The notes: generated by a model from the letters alone, not told the origin. Shown: positions 1 to 13,199, counted from the stretch's first letter. The stretch is DNA of 64,000 nucleotides from Chlorokybus atmophyticus (GCA_009103225.1 RHPI01003169.1:162899-226898); one strand, 5' to 3'. Numbers and translations: made by a program.

Positions 1-171
1 GTCCCTATGCTCGTCGTCATATACAAACGCTGCTTTCATGAGCGCGTGCGATCAACATTATGAGCTCATCACTTGCACAAGTTGTTTCATTGCCTTTGGC
101 CGTTGCATGTTGTGTGAACTGCAAAGGTTGGTCTTGCTCACTCTGCTGCGTGGGCGTGCCTTTGTGCGCAG

Positions 172-420
172 GCTGCGCAATCCATCCTCAAGTCAGACTA
201 CAAGGCGGATCTGGACCTTGACGGAGCTATCAAGCTGGCCATGAAGGTGCTGTCCAAGACCATGGACAGCGCAACGCTGGCGGCGGTCAAGCTGGAGATC
301 ACATCGATTATGCGGGCGGCAGATGGCATCGTCAAGTACCACGTGTACTCCGCTGCTGAGCTTGAGGAGCCTCTCAAGCAAGTGAACGCCGCGGTGGAAC
401 GGGATAGCCAGCAGTCGTAG
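172..420 (+). CDS. PAC1: Last coding exon of 20S proteasome subunit alpha type-4 (PSMA4/PAC1-like); upstream exons lie outside the window
   Basis: After the acceptor ...tttgtgcgcAG (170-171) the frame reads AAQSILKSDYKADLDLDGAIKLAMKVLSKTMDSATL...KLEITS...GIVKYHVYS...*. This closely resembles the plant alpha-3/PAC1 C-terminus (AAQSMLKQDYK...ALKVLSKTMDS). Confidence 0.85.
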   Translation, partial: AAQSILKSDYKADLDLDGAIKLAMKVLSKTMDSATLAAVKLEITSIMRAADGIVKYHVYSAAELEEPLKQVNAAVERDSQQS

Positions 421-1043
421 TGTACAGCGTATGCGTGGTGTGCATTGTAATCATTCAATGCTGTCACTCTGTGAATTCAATCTGAATGCATAGCAATTTT
501 ATTGCAATGTGGTGCTTGACGAAGAACGACTCTGCACATTGTCACAGCAGTGCCATCATTGAGACTGCTGCATGTCTTGTGACTAGCGCCAAATGCTTCT
601 CAGTTGCAAACACATGAATATACAAATACATCTATACTTTTGCAATCCTGATCATTGCCAAGACTACATGTAAGCACATGTTGGTGTCTGCATGAGCATT
701 TTTGCATGACGCAATTTTGTGGGGATCTTCGTACAGCTGCAACTGCTTTGTGGTCAGCCAGATCACTGCTTTACAATACGCATTGAATGCCGCCGCATGA
801 TAGCAGTACACGAGCAAATGAGGGCCTTCCTGCACAGACGAGCGATATTGCGCTCGCATGTAACGATACCACTCACTTACCTGCTAGTGAGCCTCACCAA
901 CTTGTGCACAAGCACAAAGAACTTGTGCACAACACAATTCCCTCTTGCATCTTTTGTACGCCCTAATGCAGCACCTCGCCGAGGGGAGACACAGCACCAG
1001 AGTCGGGTAGGAGAGGATGACCACCAGCCCTCCAACAGCTCCC

Positions 1044-1561
1044 NNNNNNNNNNNNNNNNNNNNNNNNNNNNNNNNNNNNNNNNNNNNNNNNNNNNNNNNN
1101 NNNNNNNNNNNNNNNNNNNNNNNNNNNNNNNNNNNNNNNNNNNNNNNNNNNNNNNNNNNNNNNNNNNNNNNNNNNNNNNNNNNNNNNNNNNNNNNNNNNN
1201 NNNNNNNNNNNNNNNNNNNNNNNNNNNNNNNNNNNNNNNNNNNNNNNNNNNNNNNNNNNNNNNNNNNNNNNNNNNNNNNNNNNNNNNNNNNNNNNNNNNN
1301 NNNNNNNNNNNNNNNNNNNNNNNNNNNNNNNNNNNNNNNNNNNNNNNNNNNNNNNNNNNNNNNNNNNNNNNNNNNNNNNNNNNNNNNNNNNNNNNNNNNN
1401 NNNNNNNNNNNNNNNNNNNNNNNNNNNNNNNNNNNNNNNNNNNNNNNNNNNNNNNNNNNNNNNNNNNNNNNNNNNNNNNNNNNNNNNNNNNNNNNNNNNN
1501 NNNNNNNNNNNNNNNNNNNNNNNNNNNNNNNNNNNNNCCCCCCCCCCCCCCCCCCCCCCCC
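1044..1561. other. Assembly gap (N run) with flanking poly-C
   Basis: About 495 N followed by a C homopolymer. Confidence 0.95.
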
Positions 1562-1835
1562 AACACACACAAGTGCAGTCGCCCACCAACGGCACACACA
1601 CCCCACAAGGGATGAGGGGAGAGCCCCTTCAACAGCTACAACCAGCTGCAGGCACCCCACACACAAGTGGCCTTTGAGTGGTGAACACACTCTCATCCCT
1701 ACTTAAGGTTGTTACTGAGCATATATACCAGTTGCCGCTCTCCCGACCTGGCACAGAGGATTCCAAGGCCCAAGGCCTTGTCACTGTGGGCTGGCCTATC
1801 AGCACATGCTGACTGCCAGTGTGTCAAACATAGGA

Positions 1836-2469
1836 TGTCATGCCGAATACCCTCGCATGCCAGTCCTCCTCGAGCATGCCTACATCCAGCCCCAAGCCCG
1901 GGCTACCAGCATAAAGAACGCGCGCGCCCCAGTCTACTGTTAGCTACTTCGTACTCCATGTAGCATGTAGCTAGGGCTACTCTATATGCCTCTCCGTAGG
2001 AACCGCGCGTAGCTGATCAGGAATCTATTATCAGCTCATGTGCTACATTGAGTCTTAGGACATTTCCGTAGTAGCGTACGGTTTCGATGTGACCGTTGGC
2101 CTAGTGCCCACGTGGCACAGTCATGATTTGACATGTGTAAGTAGGAAGTCATGTCACTAGATCCGCTGAGGACACTGCGAGCGAGTACTAAGAGTAGAGA
2201 CTCTGATTTTGAGAGCTTGTGAAGCGACTTGAACTAGAAGCACACCATCTTGGTTGCGAAAGACTGCCTTACCACATGAGCCACAATGTATGCTCTTGTG
2301 CGCTGTGCCTGTCATTGCTGTGAGCTTGGCGCTGGTGTGTTTCCTGCATCAGTCAGGACATAGCATCTCTGAGTTGCTTGTTCATTTACCTTACTTAACA
2401 GTGTAATACATCATCCACTCATGCAAAGAACTGTATATATAGCACTACCTATCGTAGTGGCTTGTTTAC
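1836..2469 (+). repeat. Terminal repeat A1 of copy 1
   Basis: High-identity direct repeat of 12246-12888; homologous to 25570-26174 (minus). Confidence 0.9.
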
Positions 2470-2889
2470 TCACAGTGTCAACCTCGTTGTTGAAGTGAGT
2501 GCATCGCATTCTGCATTAAGTAGTGCAGTTTGTAGCGGGGGATACATCCTTGTGCATTCTTTATGACTATCATCACATAGTGCGCACACAAGCACTAGTG
2601 TGGTGAGTGGTAGCAGCATCAAGACAGACGGTAGAGCACAAACACTCTACCCTGCATACACTTTCACCAGTGGACTAGCTGCATGAGTAGGACCACCCCG
2701 TTCTTTCCAATAGACGAGGGTGACCTGAACAGCTGAAGCTCAACCTCCAACCTTACCGACGAGCGAACCAGCAACGGGAGCAGCGATCGCAGCAGCAGAG
2801 GCTCGCGTTCTGTCTCTGGCTTCACTCAATTCCGGTCTACTCCTCGCCATCAAGCTTCCCCACTATCGTCCAACAGCAACAACTATGAG

Positions 2890-4398
2890 ATGGAGCCTTC
2901 CAGCTCAACCACATCCCTGCGCTTCTCCGGACATGCTGGCACCACCTCGCTGGACGAATTCATCATCATATTTCAGTCAGTCCCAAGATGCGATTGCAAG
3001 CTCCGAAGCACAAAGACTGATTAGATGAGAATTCTTTCCACATCGCTGCTCAGTATCTGGGCCATAAAGCACACGATGTCTAGAAATCTGTTGTTGAATT
3101 GCATCGAGTTGATGGATATGGCGAGCTCGCCAGCACCATAGCATACTGCGTCACTGCACAGCAGCCATCGCTCCACCTGCCACTCCAGCTGCAGTCACCG
3201 GCTTGTCCATAGCTGCAGCCATTGAGAGGGCAGAGGAGGAGAAGCATAAGTTGGTTATCGTCAACTTGACCCCTGCAAAGATTGAGATTAAGACGGTCGT
3301 ACGATGGGCCCGGATCTTGGACCGTTCTAATGCTATCCTTGAAAGACAACGAGCTGCAGCTGTTGAGGTGGGCACACCTCTACCTCTGGCAACATCTGGC
3401 TCTCGTGCGGGAGGCAGTGCTTTCACCCTCGGGTCAGTTGCACTGCGCGCACCAGCAATTTTTGTAGGTGCTGCCATCTCTGACTCTCCACTCAAGGAAA
3501 TATACGCTGCATTTCGTTGCACCTTCCCACCTCAGACCACCAACAAAGTGGAGGAGCTCAGATGGTTTCGACGCAAGCCCAACGAGGACCCTCTACGCCT
3601 GTACTCTAGACTGGAAGGGCTGTTGAAAGACACTGACTACAAGATCGTCAATGACGCGGCTGCTGCAGTGGTTTATGTCAATGAATTGGATGCCACCCTC
3701 AGCGAGTCGACGCGGCTAACCCTGAACTACAGCAAGCCCCTTAGCTACATGCTCAAAAAAGCTTACGAGACTGCACAAGCCATCCACAAGCGCTTGATGT
3801 ATGAGAAGGCAGTTCTGGACACCAACCGCAATGCCTCATGGCCTGTAGCTAGCACAACTACTGAGCCTCCTTGCTGCAAGCGTGGTCGGGACGCTCCGGA
3901 CGCGACAAAGGGAAACGATCACCTCATACTGCTTTGCCTGCCCCTGTGCTGTGTCATTGCTGTGGACGGCATGGGCACTACCAAAAGGAGTGCACCGAAG
4001 AGTACTCAACCCTAATCCGCGACCACTGTCACCAGACGGGTCACTTGGAGTCAGTCTGCTGGCTCAAGTTCCCTAAGTTGAGACCTGCCAACAGCTACAG
4101 CAACAACACTAGAGGCCACAACGGCAACAGCTCTGGTGGCTACAATAGCAACCACCCTAAAAAGTATAACAACAACGACAACTACGCTAACGCTCGCAAG
4201 GAAGAGCAAGGCTACAGGGGGAAGAATCGTCCTCCTCAGCGCAAGGGACTAGAAGGACGTCCGCACACTGCTGCTGTTGCTGCTAAGGCTTCAGCCAACC
4301 CGCCAGCTGATGACCATGATGCTGCCCTCATGGCGCGTATGGCGCGCTTGGAGGAAGTCAAAGAGCAGGACCACCGCGACTGCTACTTTGCCCAATGA
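2890..4398 (+). pseudogene. gag of copy 1 with two tandem CCHC zinc knuckles and an Asn/Gly-rich tract; frameshifted
   Basis: FRRKPNEDPLRLYSRLEGLL; CHCCGRHGHYQKEC...HCHQTGHLESVC; collinear with 23500-25150 (minus). Confidence 0.8.
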
Positions 4399-5037
4399 GC
4401 ACTGATGGCTCCGAAGCGCACGAGAGACATGTGCACTCCGTCATGCGTTGAACCATCCCAATGAGCACGAGGGGAAGTCGCAACATCGTCAGCAACTACC
4501 CTTTCTGAAGCCACCGGTGGTGCTGCATCAGCAGCAACAACCACACCGGCTGCGACGTCAACTCCATCAACGTCAGCATCAACTATTCCAGCTGCAGCAG
4601 AAGTTGGTGCATTAGTGGGCACCGTGACGCCAACACTGGTGAGCACGATGGCGACTATTACTGCTACCACGGACCCTGCAGCAGTAGATCGCACCGATCC
4701 CGCTCCAGCTGCAAGACCACCTGTGTCAGCAAGCGTTGAGACCACCCTCGTGCCACTGACCGGCACTGTCGCAGCCACTGCCAGTACCATCGCCCAGCCC
4801 GCTGCCACCGCAGCGACGCTCGCGGCTACATTGCCCGTCCTCAACGTCACTCAGGCTGTCCCGCGACATCAGCAAGCTGAGCGCGCATGGGAGACCATCA
4901 TGCGTGGAGCAGATCCCACTACCATTGTTTTTGGCGAGGAGGAGTGCACCACGCGCGTTGTACGCAGTGATTGTGTTTTCCCACTGCCTGAGTATCACAC
5001 CCTGCCGGAGCAGACCCGGCGGCGATTGGAGGATAAA

Positions 5038-5489
<452 letters not shown>

Positions 5490-7034
5490 TCCTCGTCGGC
5501 ACGGCGCCTCCCATGTGAAAGCACATCTTTGTGGTTAGAACACCTGTTGTGCTGGAGTTGGCCCTGCATTTTTTCTGGACTCTGCATAACAACATGCAAA
5601 CCGCACCACGCCAGCCCGTACACGTCCGTCACAAGCCTTTCGAGCCAAGTCCGCTGGACACGTATCGATACTGGCAACTCAACGTGCAGCGGCACTTAGG
5701 TGATGCAGCCGTCATGTCTTTAGGTAACGACAAAGCACTGAGACCCCTTTGTACTGTTCTGCTTCACTAGCGCTGCACCGCTTTGGAACAAGCGTTCAAT
5801 TGGTGGCAGGACTTAACTGCAGCCATCAACGCAAGAGCGCAAGCCCTTGCTGCTGCTTGCGCTTCCATTCCTCAATCAACAATCGCGGGCCCATTATCCA
5901 GCACGACACCTCTCGCCGTTGCGCCCGACATTGATCAGGCGAGGGCGCTGGCCCAACAAACCATGGGGTGATCGCCTCGCTGGTACCCGCCTTAGTGGAA
6001 GACTTGCCTGACGATCAACGAGATTTAGGGAGAGGCTACCTTTCACCACAAGGGTGTACACAACGGGATGGAGCAGGCTCAATTGGAGAACAGCAAATTC
6101 GCACTGCCCTATTGCGCCAAGCAACTATGCTACATCGACAAGAAGGAATCGGCCTGAGACAGATGATGGCGATGCGAGAAGGTGGCAATGCAGCGCGAGC
6201 GAGTCTAGTGACTTTGCTAATCATCAATCACCCTGCAATCCCTCTGTTCGCATTCGGCACCGGATTATACTGATTGGACGCCTTCTTTCGCTCACTACGG
6301 CAAGCCTATGACGAGGTTGCCTAGGCAACCTCTGACATCTTGAGAGGAGCTAAAGGAGGCCATACTAAAATTGCCAAAAGTGGAAGCAGCGCGACAACGT
6401 AAACGCATCGCAGCTGCTTATCAGCTGCACGTCCATCAGCCAGAGATTTACCTCACGGTTCGTGCACGAGCAACAACGGTGCTAGAAGTGGGGGTGGTCA
6501 ATGGCAGATGGGCTGCAGGGACCCTAAGGGTTCCCACCATTACCCACAACATAAAAGTGCGGCTCCTGCGCGCAGTGTATCTTCAGCCCATGCCTCAGAA
6601 CCATCGCTGGTGTGACGTGACCAACAACACGATAGCCACATGGGAAGGTACACTGGTCAGGGAGGCGGCTCATGCTGTACGCTGAACTTATGGAGAAAGT
6701 AGGTTACACGGGAGGCGGGTCCACAAACACCCGGTCTTTTAGGGTTCCCCCCACAGCCACTGGCTACGCCGCCAGGTATAACCCTGGCCACATAGAGGCG
6801 CAAATCCCTGCGCCACAACCAGGCAGCACCGCCAGCACCCAGACCGCAGCGGGTATACCAACAGCCAAGACAAGGACGGTTCGAGCCAGGCCGCGGACGA
6901 GGAGGTTCTCAAGACCCAGCCGGTCGAGGGGCGCTTGCCGCACTGCGCTTGACACCACCGGAGGAGACTGCAGCAGCAGTCACCCCACGTACACGCTACC
7001 AACGTTTCATTTAAGCGTGTGCGCATCAACGCCA

Positions 7035-7450
7035 ATGCAGCCATGATCGCCAACAAAGGCAAGCATGTCACCATTAACGGTCGAGCACCCAAGCGCGTGA
7101 TGCTGGACTCTAGAGCCCAGCCTGTCATCATCACACGTTACCTCGCACGCAACTTCAGCATCACCAGTGCTAAGCTAATGCCCTGCCCATACGTGTTCGA
7201 CACAACACCCGGCAGCCAGTGAAGGTGATTGGCATCACCGAGCAGGCCTTTAGCATTCGCTTGATAGGGTTGGACCCTTCCCACATTGGAGGTCATACAG
7301 AAGTGTGTGGTCACCGATGCGGGATCCTTCAACCTGCTGCTGGGACAAGACTTCAACTTTCCTGTTGGCATGGGGCTGGACTGCTGAACAGAGAAGGCAT
7401 GGTTTCGTCCCCATTGAGACGAGGAGGATTGAGAGGTTGAAGGATACCTG
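7035..7450 (+). pseudogene. Aspartic protease domain of copy 1
   Basis: HVTINGRAPKRVMLDSRAQPVII (D-S/G-G motif, G>R); homologs VMLDGGAQPCII at about 17800 and VMLNS*AQPVII at about 21270. Confidence 0.7.
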
Positions 7451-7774
7451 CCTCTCGAGCTGGTGACTCGCACTCGCTCTCACCAAAGGTCCGTTGCAAC
7501 AGCCACCTACAAGTCGGTTTCGACAACCATTGACAAGTCAGCAGCAGCAGTCACCCACAACCCTGACCTGGACTCTCCTATCCCATACGATGAGTCATAG
7601 GAGGATGCCAAAGAAGTGGCCCAACAGAAACCATCTGAACGCCGTTGGCGCACAAGTGGTTGCACATATACTACTGACCAAATCACGGCTCATTGCACGA
7701 ATCCCTCTCTACAAGGACTAAGCTGCAGTCCACGAGCAATAGCAGGTGGCCACTGGAGTAGTGGAGTTCCACAT

Positions 7775-9650
7775 GTTTCGCCGACAACAAGGCATCACCG
7801 TATTGGAACTGTTTGGAGGTAGTGGCCTTGCCGCTGTCCTCAACACCGACGTGCCGGTCACCAAGTACCTCTACTGTGACCTTAATCCACACGGATTGAT
7901 TTGTCGGGCCTGGCAGAGTTGTGTGCCCCTCCAGGTCGCTCCCAACCGCATTGCCATGATGGGGAATGAGGCCAGCCTTGTGGACTGTTGGTTGTGTAGC
8001 TGCACAGTACGGAGTGCAAAGAATACCCCCCTGTCTATACTTGTGGGGGAAACACATGTGAGGCTAATGGCATGTGGTACGATGTGGTGCTGTGCGCTCT
8101 GAGTGATGAAAGTGCGTGGCTTACAATGCTAACAGGAGCAAGTCAACAAGCCATTACTAGAGGTAGTGCTACTTATACAGTTTCTTGAATGAGGTCAAGA
8201 TAATTCCACTGTTAAGTGAGGTGTATGAATGCGGCAACTCGTGGATACCACACTCTGATGCGGACCACACAACGTGCACCCACACAACCACAATCACATC
8301 AAGTGACAAGCAATGCACGTGTGCATACACAGCATTCTCTCACGTGTAGATGTGTTTTGGCCGGAATGATGATGTGATGCAGTCACATCAAGTCACAACC
8401 TTCAGAGAGCAAGTCCCAAGCACTCCAAAAGATCAACACCCGTACTTCTTGGTTCCGGTCTTTCAGTTCTCACTTACAGTGTCATCAACGTATAGAGATT
8501 AAATCCTAAGCTCTTATAGCCAAGTGACATCTATCCAATTCTAAGATGATGGCTAGTTTACGAAATGACCTAGATCAAGCCTAAGTCACAACTCGCAACG
8601 GACCAGCTAGTATGGCTTAAACTAAGTTCCTACGAAGACTGACTGATAATTGCTTCATGTCGCGTGGGACTCATGCCGGTAGCCGGGGTGAGTGTCTGGC
8701 TGTAGGCATGACCGATCAAAAGGGTTGTCGATGCTGGTAGCACGGTAACGATGCCTGGCTGTAGGCATCAATGAGGAAGTTGGCCCCTCTTGGACCGCTG
8801 GCATGACAAATCGCCTTGAGCCACCACTTGCGCCACCTACCCAAATGCTACCCGCAGCTGCCACTATCAGCCTTGCAAGATAGCCTAAAGGCACTTCCAC
8901 AGAACATCCGTTTAATCACTGCGGATCACCTCCTGGCGGTGGGCAACGTCGACCTGCTGATAGCGAGGATGGGAGTGTCAAGAACACTTCAGGGCAGGCA
9001 GAGGCCAAGGACTCTCTGATCCTCGCTCGCAACTGTTTTGGAAGCTGATGCGCGTTATCAAAGGCCTCTGGGGTACATCATCGAGAACGTGCAGTCCGAG
9101 GACGATAAGCGTCACGTGGCCAACGGCTCTCGACAGGTGTGTTCCTTATTGGGGCATCTGCTCTCTCAAAATGAACGCAGCGCGTCATGGATCCCGTGCT
9201 CATCGCGTCCGCGCCAAGTGGACCAACCTGGCTATAGTTGAGGAATTTTTTGCTGCTGAATATCTGCATAGCAGTCGTCCACGCGATCTTATTGTCGACG
9301 CTAATCTGAACCCTGGGTGCACAGCACAACCGGTCACGCGACACAATCACCAGCACTTCTACCAGTGCAACCAGCCTAATCAACCGCGCCGTGCGCTCCC
9401 CACTCGGGTGTCTTAGCCACCAATATACGCCTTCCGCAACAAAGGTGAAGGCATGGTGTTGGTTTCCAACACAAGCCGGCTGGAGGAACCCAACGCTCGC
9501 GAGCGCGAACGCGCCATGAGATTCTTTCCAGGCAGTATGACAGGTTCCATGCTGACCCGCAGCAGTGTTAGTTGTTGGGACGAGCGATGGACTATAATAT
9601 CACGGTGTGGTTGTGAAAGATGTGCTTTGCTCTCCAGGACCGCCATGTGT
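7775..9650 (+). pseudogene. C5 cytosine DNA methyltransferase domain of copy 1, interrupted by an insertion and frameshifts
   Basis: Motif I ITVLELFGGSG; motif II YLYCD; motif IV DLLIA-GWECQ (Cys codon TGT 8976-8978); V GLSDPRSQLF; VI YIIENV; VIII NAARHGSRAHRVR; IX EPNARERERAM; X LLGRAMD. Confidence 0.85.
7900..8808 (-). mobile_element. Inverted fragment of a related element (diverged A repeat plus integrase C-terminal piece) inserted in the DNMT of copy 1
   Basis: On the minus strand 8808-8142 starts TGTCATGCC and ends TGGCTTGTTGAC, like repeat A. 7900-8110 is similar to 13560-13780. The left boundary is approximate. Confidence 0.7.
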
Positions 9651-9899
9651 TCTTTGAGGAGCTTTAACACATGGCGGGGGGGTGGGCTGATCGCATTCAA
9701 GAGACTAAAGCAGCACACACCGCCCTCGAAATTGCCCACATGGAGGAGCAAGCAGCAGTCACTGTGGAGGACATTCCAATGGTCGCCAACGCTACCTCCT
9801 GGTCCCATGCCATTGGGCCACTGGCTACAGGCCAGATACGAGAACAACTCAAAGCTCTCCTCAACAAGGGGAGGAGCCAGTTCAGCATCAGCGTGAAGG

Positions 9900-10440
9900 A
9901 GCTGGGCATCTGCTCAGTTTACCATATGGACATCGAGTTGGTGGTCACCGAACCGGTGTTCCAACGACAGTACAGACTCTCCAAGTTGGAAGAAGACTTG
10001 GTGGAGCAGAGGTGCAAGGCGCTTTTAGTGCAGGCCTCATTAAGGAGTCCACATCGGACTTTGCGGCCGCGACCGTCATGCCCCTATAGAAGGATTCAGC
10101 AGGCAACTGGACAGACCGGCGCATGTGCGGTGATTATCGCCCGCTCAACAACAAGACCAAGCAAGACAGGTAATCAATGCCTATTGCAAAAGGTATCTTT
10201 GATGATGTAGAAGACTATACGGTCTTCAGTATCCTGGACATGCGCCAAGGGTACAACCAAAATGCCATCAAGGAGGAGGACAAGCACAAGACCTCGATCA
10301 AGGGCAACCGGCAGCTGTACTGGTAGAAGGTCATGCCCTTCGGACTGAAGAATGCTCTTGCCAAGTTCTAGCACGTCATGGACAAAGCCCTCGAGAGATT
10401 GAACTTCGCACGCTGCTACATCGACGACATCCTCATCTTC
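9900..10440 (+). pseudogene. Gypsy-type reverse transcriptase of copy 1; RNase H region missing
   Basis: RMCGDYRPLN...SILDMRQGYNQ...VMPFGLKNA...RCYIDDILIF, then a direct jump to the integrase N-terminus. Confidence 0.9.
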
Positions 10441-10579
10441 AACTTTCAGTAGGCAGCGCGCGCAAAGAGCATCGCGTCAGTCAACGCACTCAGCACTATC
10501 CCTTGGCCGACAACAAGCTGTATCGATGGATGTAGCATGAGGACAAGGAGGTCCCAGCACCAGCTGCGTGACAAGGCAT

Positions 10580-11799
10580 TATTGCTGCCCTCCACACCGA
10601 GCTCGGACATTTCGGTGTTAGCCGCACGGCCGGTTTGGTCATGACTTAGTACTAGTGGTATGCTGTGCACTAACAGGTGCACAAGTCCATCAGCGACTGC
10701 CAGCTTTGTGACATGGTCCGCGCGAGCCTCAACACGCGCTACGCCACTTTGCATACCCTCCCTATCTCGGGACCGTTCTACCGCTGGGGACTGAACATCC
10801 TCGTGGACTTATCGCCCTCAGCACGAGGCAACCGCTACATCCTCGTTATGATCGAGCACTTCTCCAAGTGGGTGGAGCTGGTGGCCCTTCTCGACAATAG
10901 TAGCGAGGGAGTAGCCCAGGCTTTCCTCTCCCATTCTCAGACGCTTCGGCAGCTGTGCCGAAGTCGTTACCGAGCAGTGTACGGAGTTTAGAGGAGCCTT
11001 TTAAAAGCTCATAGACAAATGCTTCATCGACCATCGCCGCACTTCACGCGACCATCCACAAGCCGATGGTCTCGCTGAGCGTACCGTGTAGACCATTAAG
11101 AAGGCTTTGCACAAGTACGTCCTCGACTACGAGAAGAACATATGGGTTGACCACCACCCATGGGTAGCACTGGGGCACCGGCTGTTCAAGCAGGCAGCAC
11201 TGCGGGAGTACAGCCCGTACTATTTGGTGTTCAAAGGCAGCCATTGCTCCCCTTTTCGCGCACAGCAGGAGGTCGACAGAGTGGTGGACAATTTTGACAA
11301 CCCCGACAAGATGTTGTATGATGTGAAAGTGCGCAGCGTATTGTTTGAGCACACTGTCCCCATGGCCTTCAACAACCTGCGCGTTGCTCAGCACCGCGAC
11401 ACGCTTTGCTACGAGCGTGTGCGCAGCGGTTTCCACAGGGAGCGAGAATGCCGCTTCCAACTAGGAGACTTCGTGTACCGCATGGCGGCCACACATGACA
11501 CCCTCGACACCTCCGTCGGGCGCGCTGTCTATAATGTATTGAAGGTGTATCCCACAGGGGTACGGGACCTTCTGGGACAACAAGGCGAACGCACGAAGGA
11601 CAACATGGTGAACTGCGCGCTCTATCATCTTCCCCACGTTGCTGGCTGCGGCAAGATCCAGCACGCGCGACCGCTGCGAAGCACCCGCTGCGAGAAATGC
11701 GGCAGTGCCAACAACGATCCGACGATGCTGTTTTGCAAAGGCTGCAACCAAGATATGCACTGTTACTGCCTTGACCCTCCATTGGACAAGGTGCTGTGA
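10580..11799 (+). pseudogene. DDE integrase (HHCC + core) followed by a C-terminal PHD finger
   Basis: HTELGHFG...CQLC; YRWGLNIL...NRYILVMIEHFSKW; DHPQADGLAERT; PHD CEKCGSANNDPTMLFCKGCNQDMHCYCLDPPL. Confidence 0.9.
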
Positions 11800-12018
11800 G
11801 AATATTAATGCAGTGACTGCCGCATCAGCGATCCCCCACACAGTCGGTAAAAGCTGAGTCCTGGAGCAGGAGGCTACCCCAGAACTTTGGGGGGGGGGGG
11901 GGGGGGGGGGNNNNNNNNNNNNNNNNNNNNNNNNNNNNNNNNNNNNNNNNNNNNNNNNNNNNNNNNNNNNNNNNNNNNNNGGGGGGGGGGGGGGGGGGGG
12001 GGGGGGGGGCTTGTTGAC

Positions 12019-13114
12019 TGTGTGTCCTGCAGCACAGTAAGTACAGTAAGGAGGAGAGCGTCACGAGCTCCACTACTGACCGATCCTCATATGGGTTCAT
12101 CCCTGAGCGTATGCCTATGTCTGGGGGGTTGTCTTTGTTTGTGTTGCTCTAATGCTGCGCGCAGCACCAGCATGCCCACGGCATGAGTGCTCGTCTGTAG
12201 CATCCCTGAGACAGCGTGACCCTCGACCATGGCAGGCACGACAGCTGTCATGCCATATACCCTCGCATGCCAGTCCTCCTTGAGCATGCCTACATCCAGC
12301 CCCAAGCCCGGGCTACCAGCATGAAGACCGCGCGCGCCCCAGTCTACTGCTAGCTACTTCGTACTCCATGTAGCATGTAGCTAGGGCTACTCTATATGCC
12401 TCTTTGTAGGAACCGCGCATAGCTGATCAGTTAGGAATCTATTATCAGCTCATGTGCTACATTGAGTCTTATGACATTTCCGTGGTAGCATACGGTCTCG
12501 ATATGACCGTTGACCTAGTGCCCACGTGAAACTGCACAGTCATAATTTGACATGTACAAGCAGGATGTCATGTCACTAGACTCGGTGGTGACACTGTGAG
12601 TGAGTACTTATAGTAGAGACTCAGACTTTGAGAGCTTGTGAAGCGACTTGAACTAGAAGCACACCATCCTGATTGCCAAGAACTGCCTTACCACGTGAGA
12701 CACAATGTATGCTCTTGTGCGCTGTGCCTGTTATTGCTGTGAGCTTGGCGGTGGTGTGTTTGCTGCATCAGTTAGGACATAGCATCTCTGAGTTGCTTGT
12801 TCATTCACCTCACTTATCAATGCAATACATCATCCACTTACGCAAAGAACTGTGTATACAGCACTACCTGTCGTAGTGGCTTGTTGACCGTGTGTACTAC
12901 AGCACAGTAAGTACATTAAGGAGGAGAGCGTCACCAGCTTTACTACTGACCGATCCTCACATAGGTTCATCCCCGAGCCTATGCCTGTGTTTGGGGGGGG
13001 TGTTTTTGTTTGTGTTGCTTTAATGCTGCGCGCAGCACTCGCATGCCCACGGCATGAGCGCTCGTCTCTGGTATGCTCGAGACGGCGTGACCCTCGACCA
13101 TAGCAGGCACGAAA
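12019..13114 (+). repeat. 3' terminal block B1 (12019-12243) - GC - A2 (12246-12888) - B2 (12889-13114)
   Basis: B1 and B2 are direct repeats of about 225 bp; A2 matches A1; the B1/A2 junction GGCACGACA-GC-TGTCATGCC is a near-perfect palindrome. Confidence 0.85.
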
Positions 13115-13199
13115 AGGACCTGTCCCATCACAGGACATTAACTTCGAAATTGACAAACCTCGTAATTGTCAAACACTAGGCAAGTCAACCTCTAATTTG

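Noticed and set aside
719-1706. ORFs of 200-300 aa spanning the N gap
   Set aside because: They are open only because N codons contain no stops.
2470-2500. tRNA primer-binding site after A1
   Set aside because: No TGG-starting or copia-type PBS is recognisable in copy 1 or copy 2.
7884-8812. AATC as TSD of the inverted insertion in the DNMT
   Set aside because: The left AATC lies about 14 bp from the apparent boundary and reads as DNMT coding sequence, so the boundary is unresolved.
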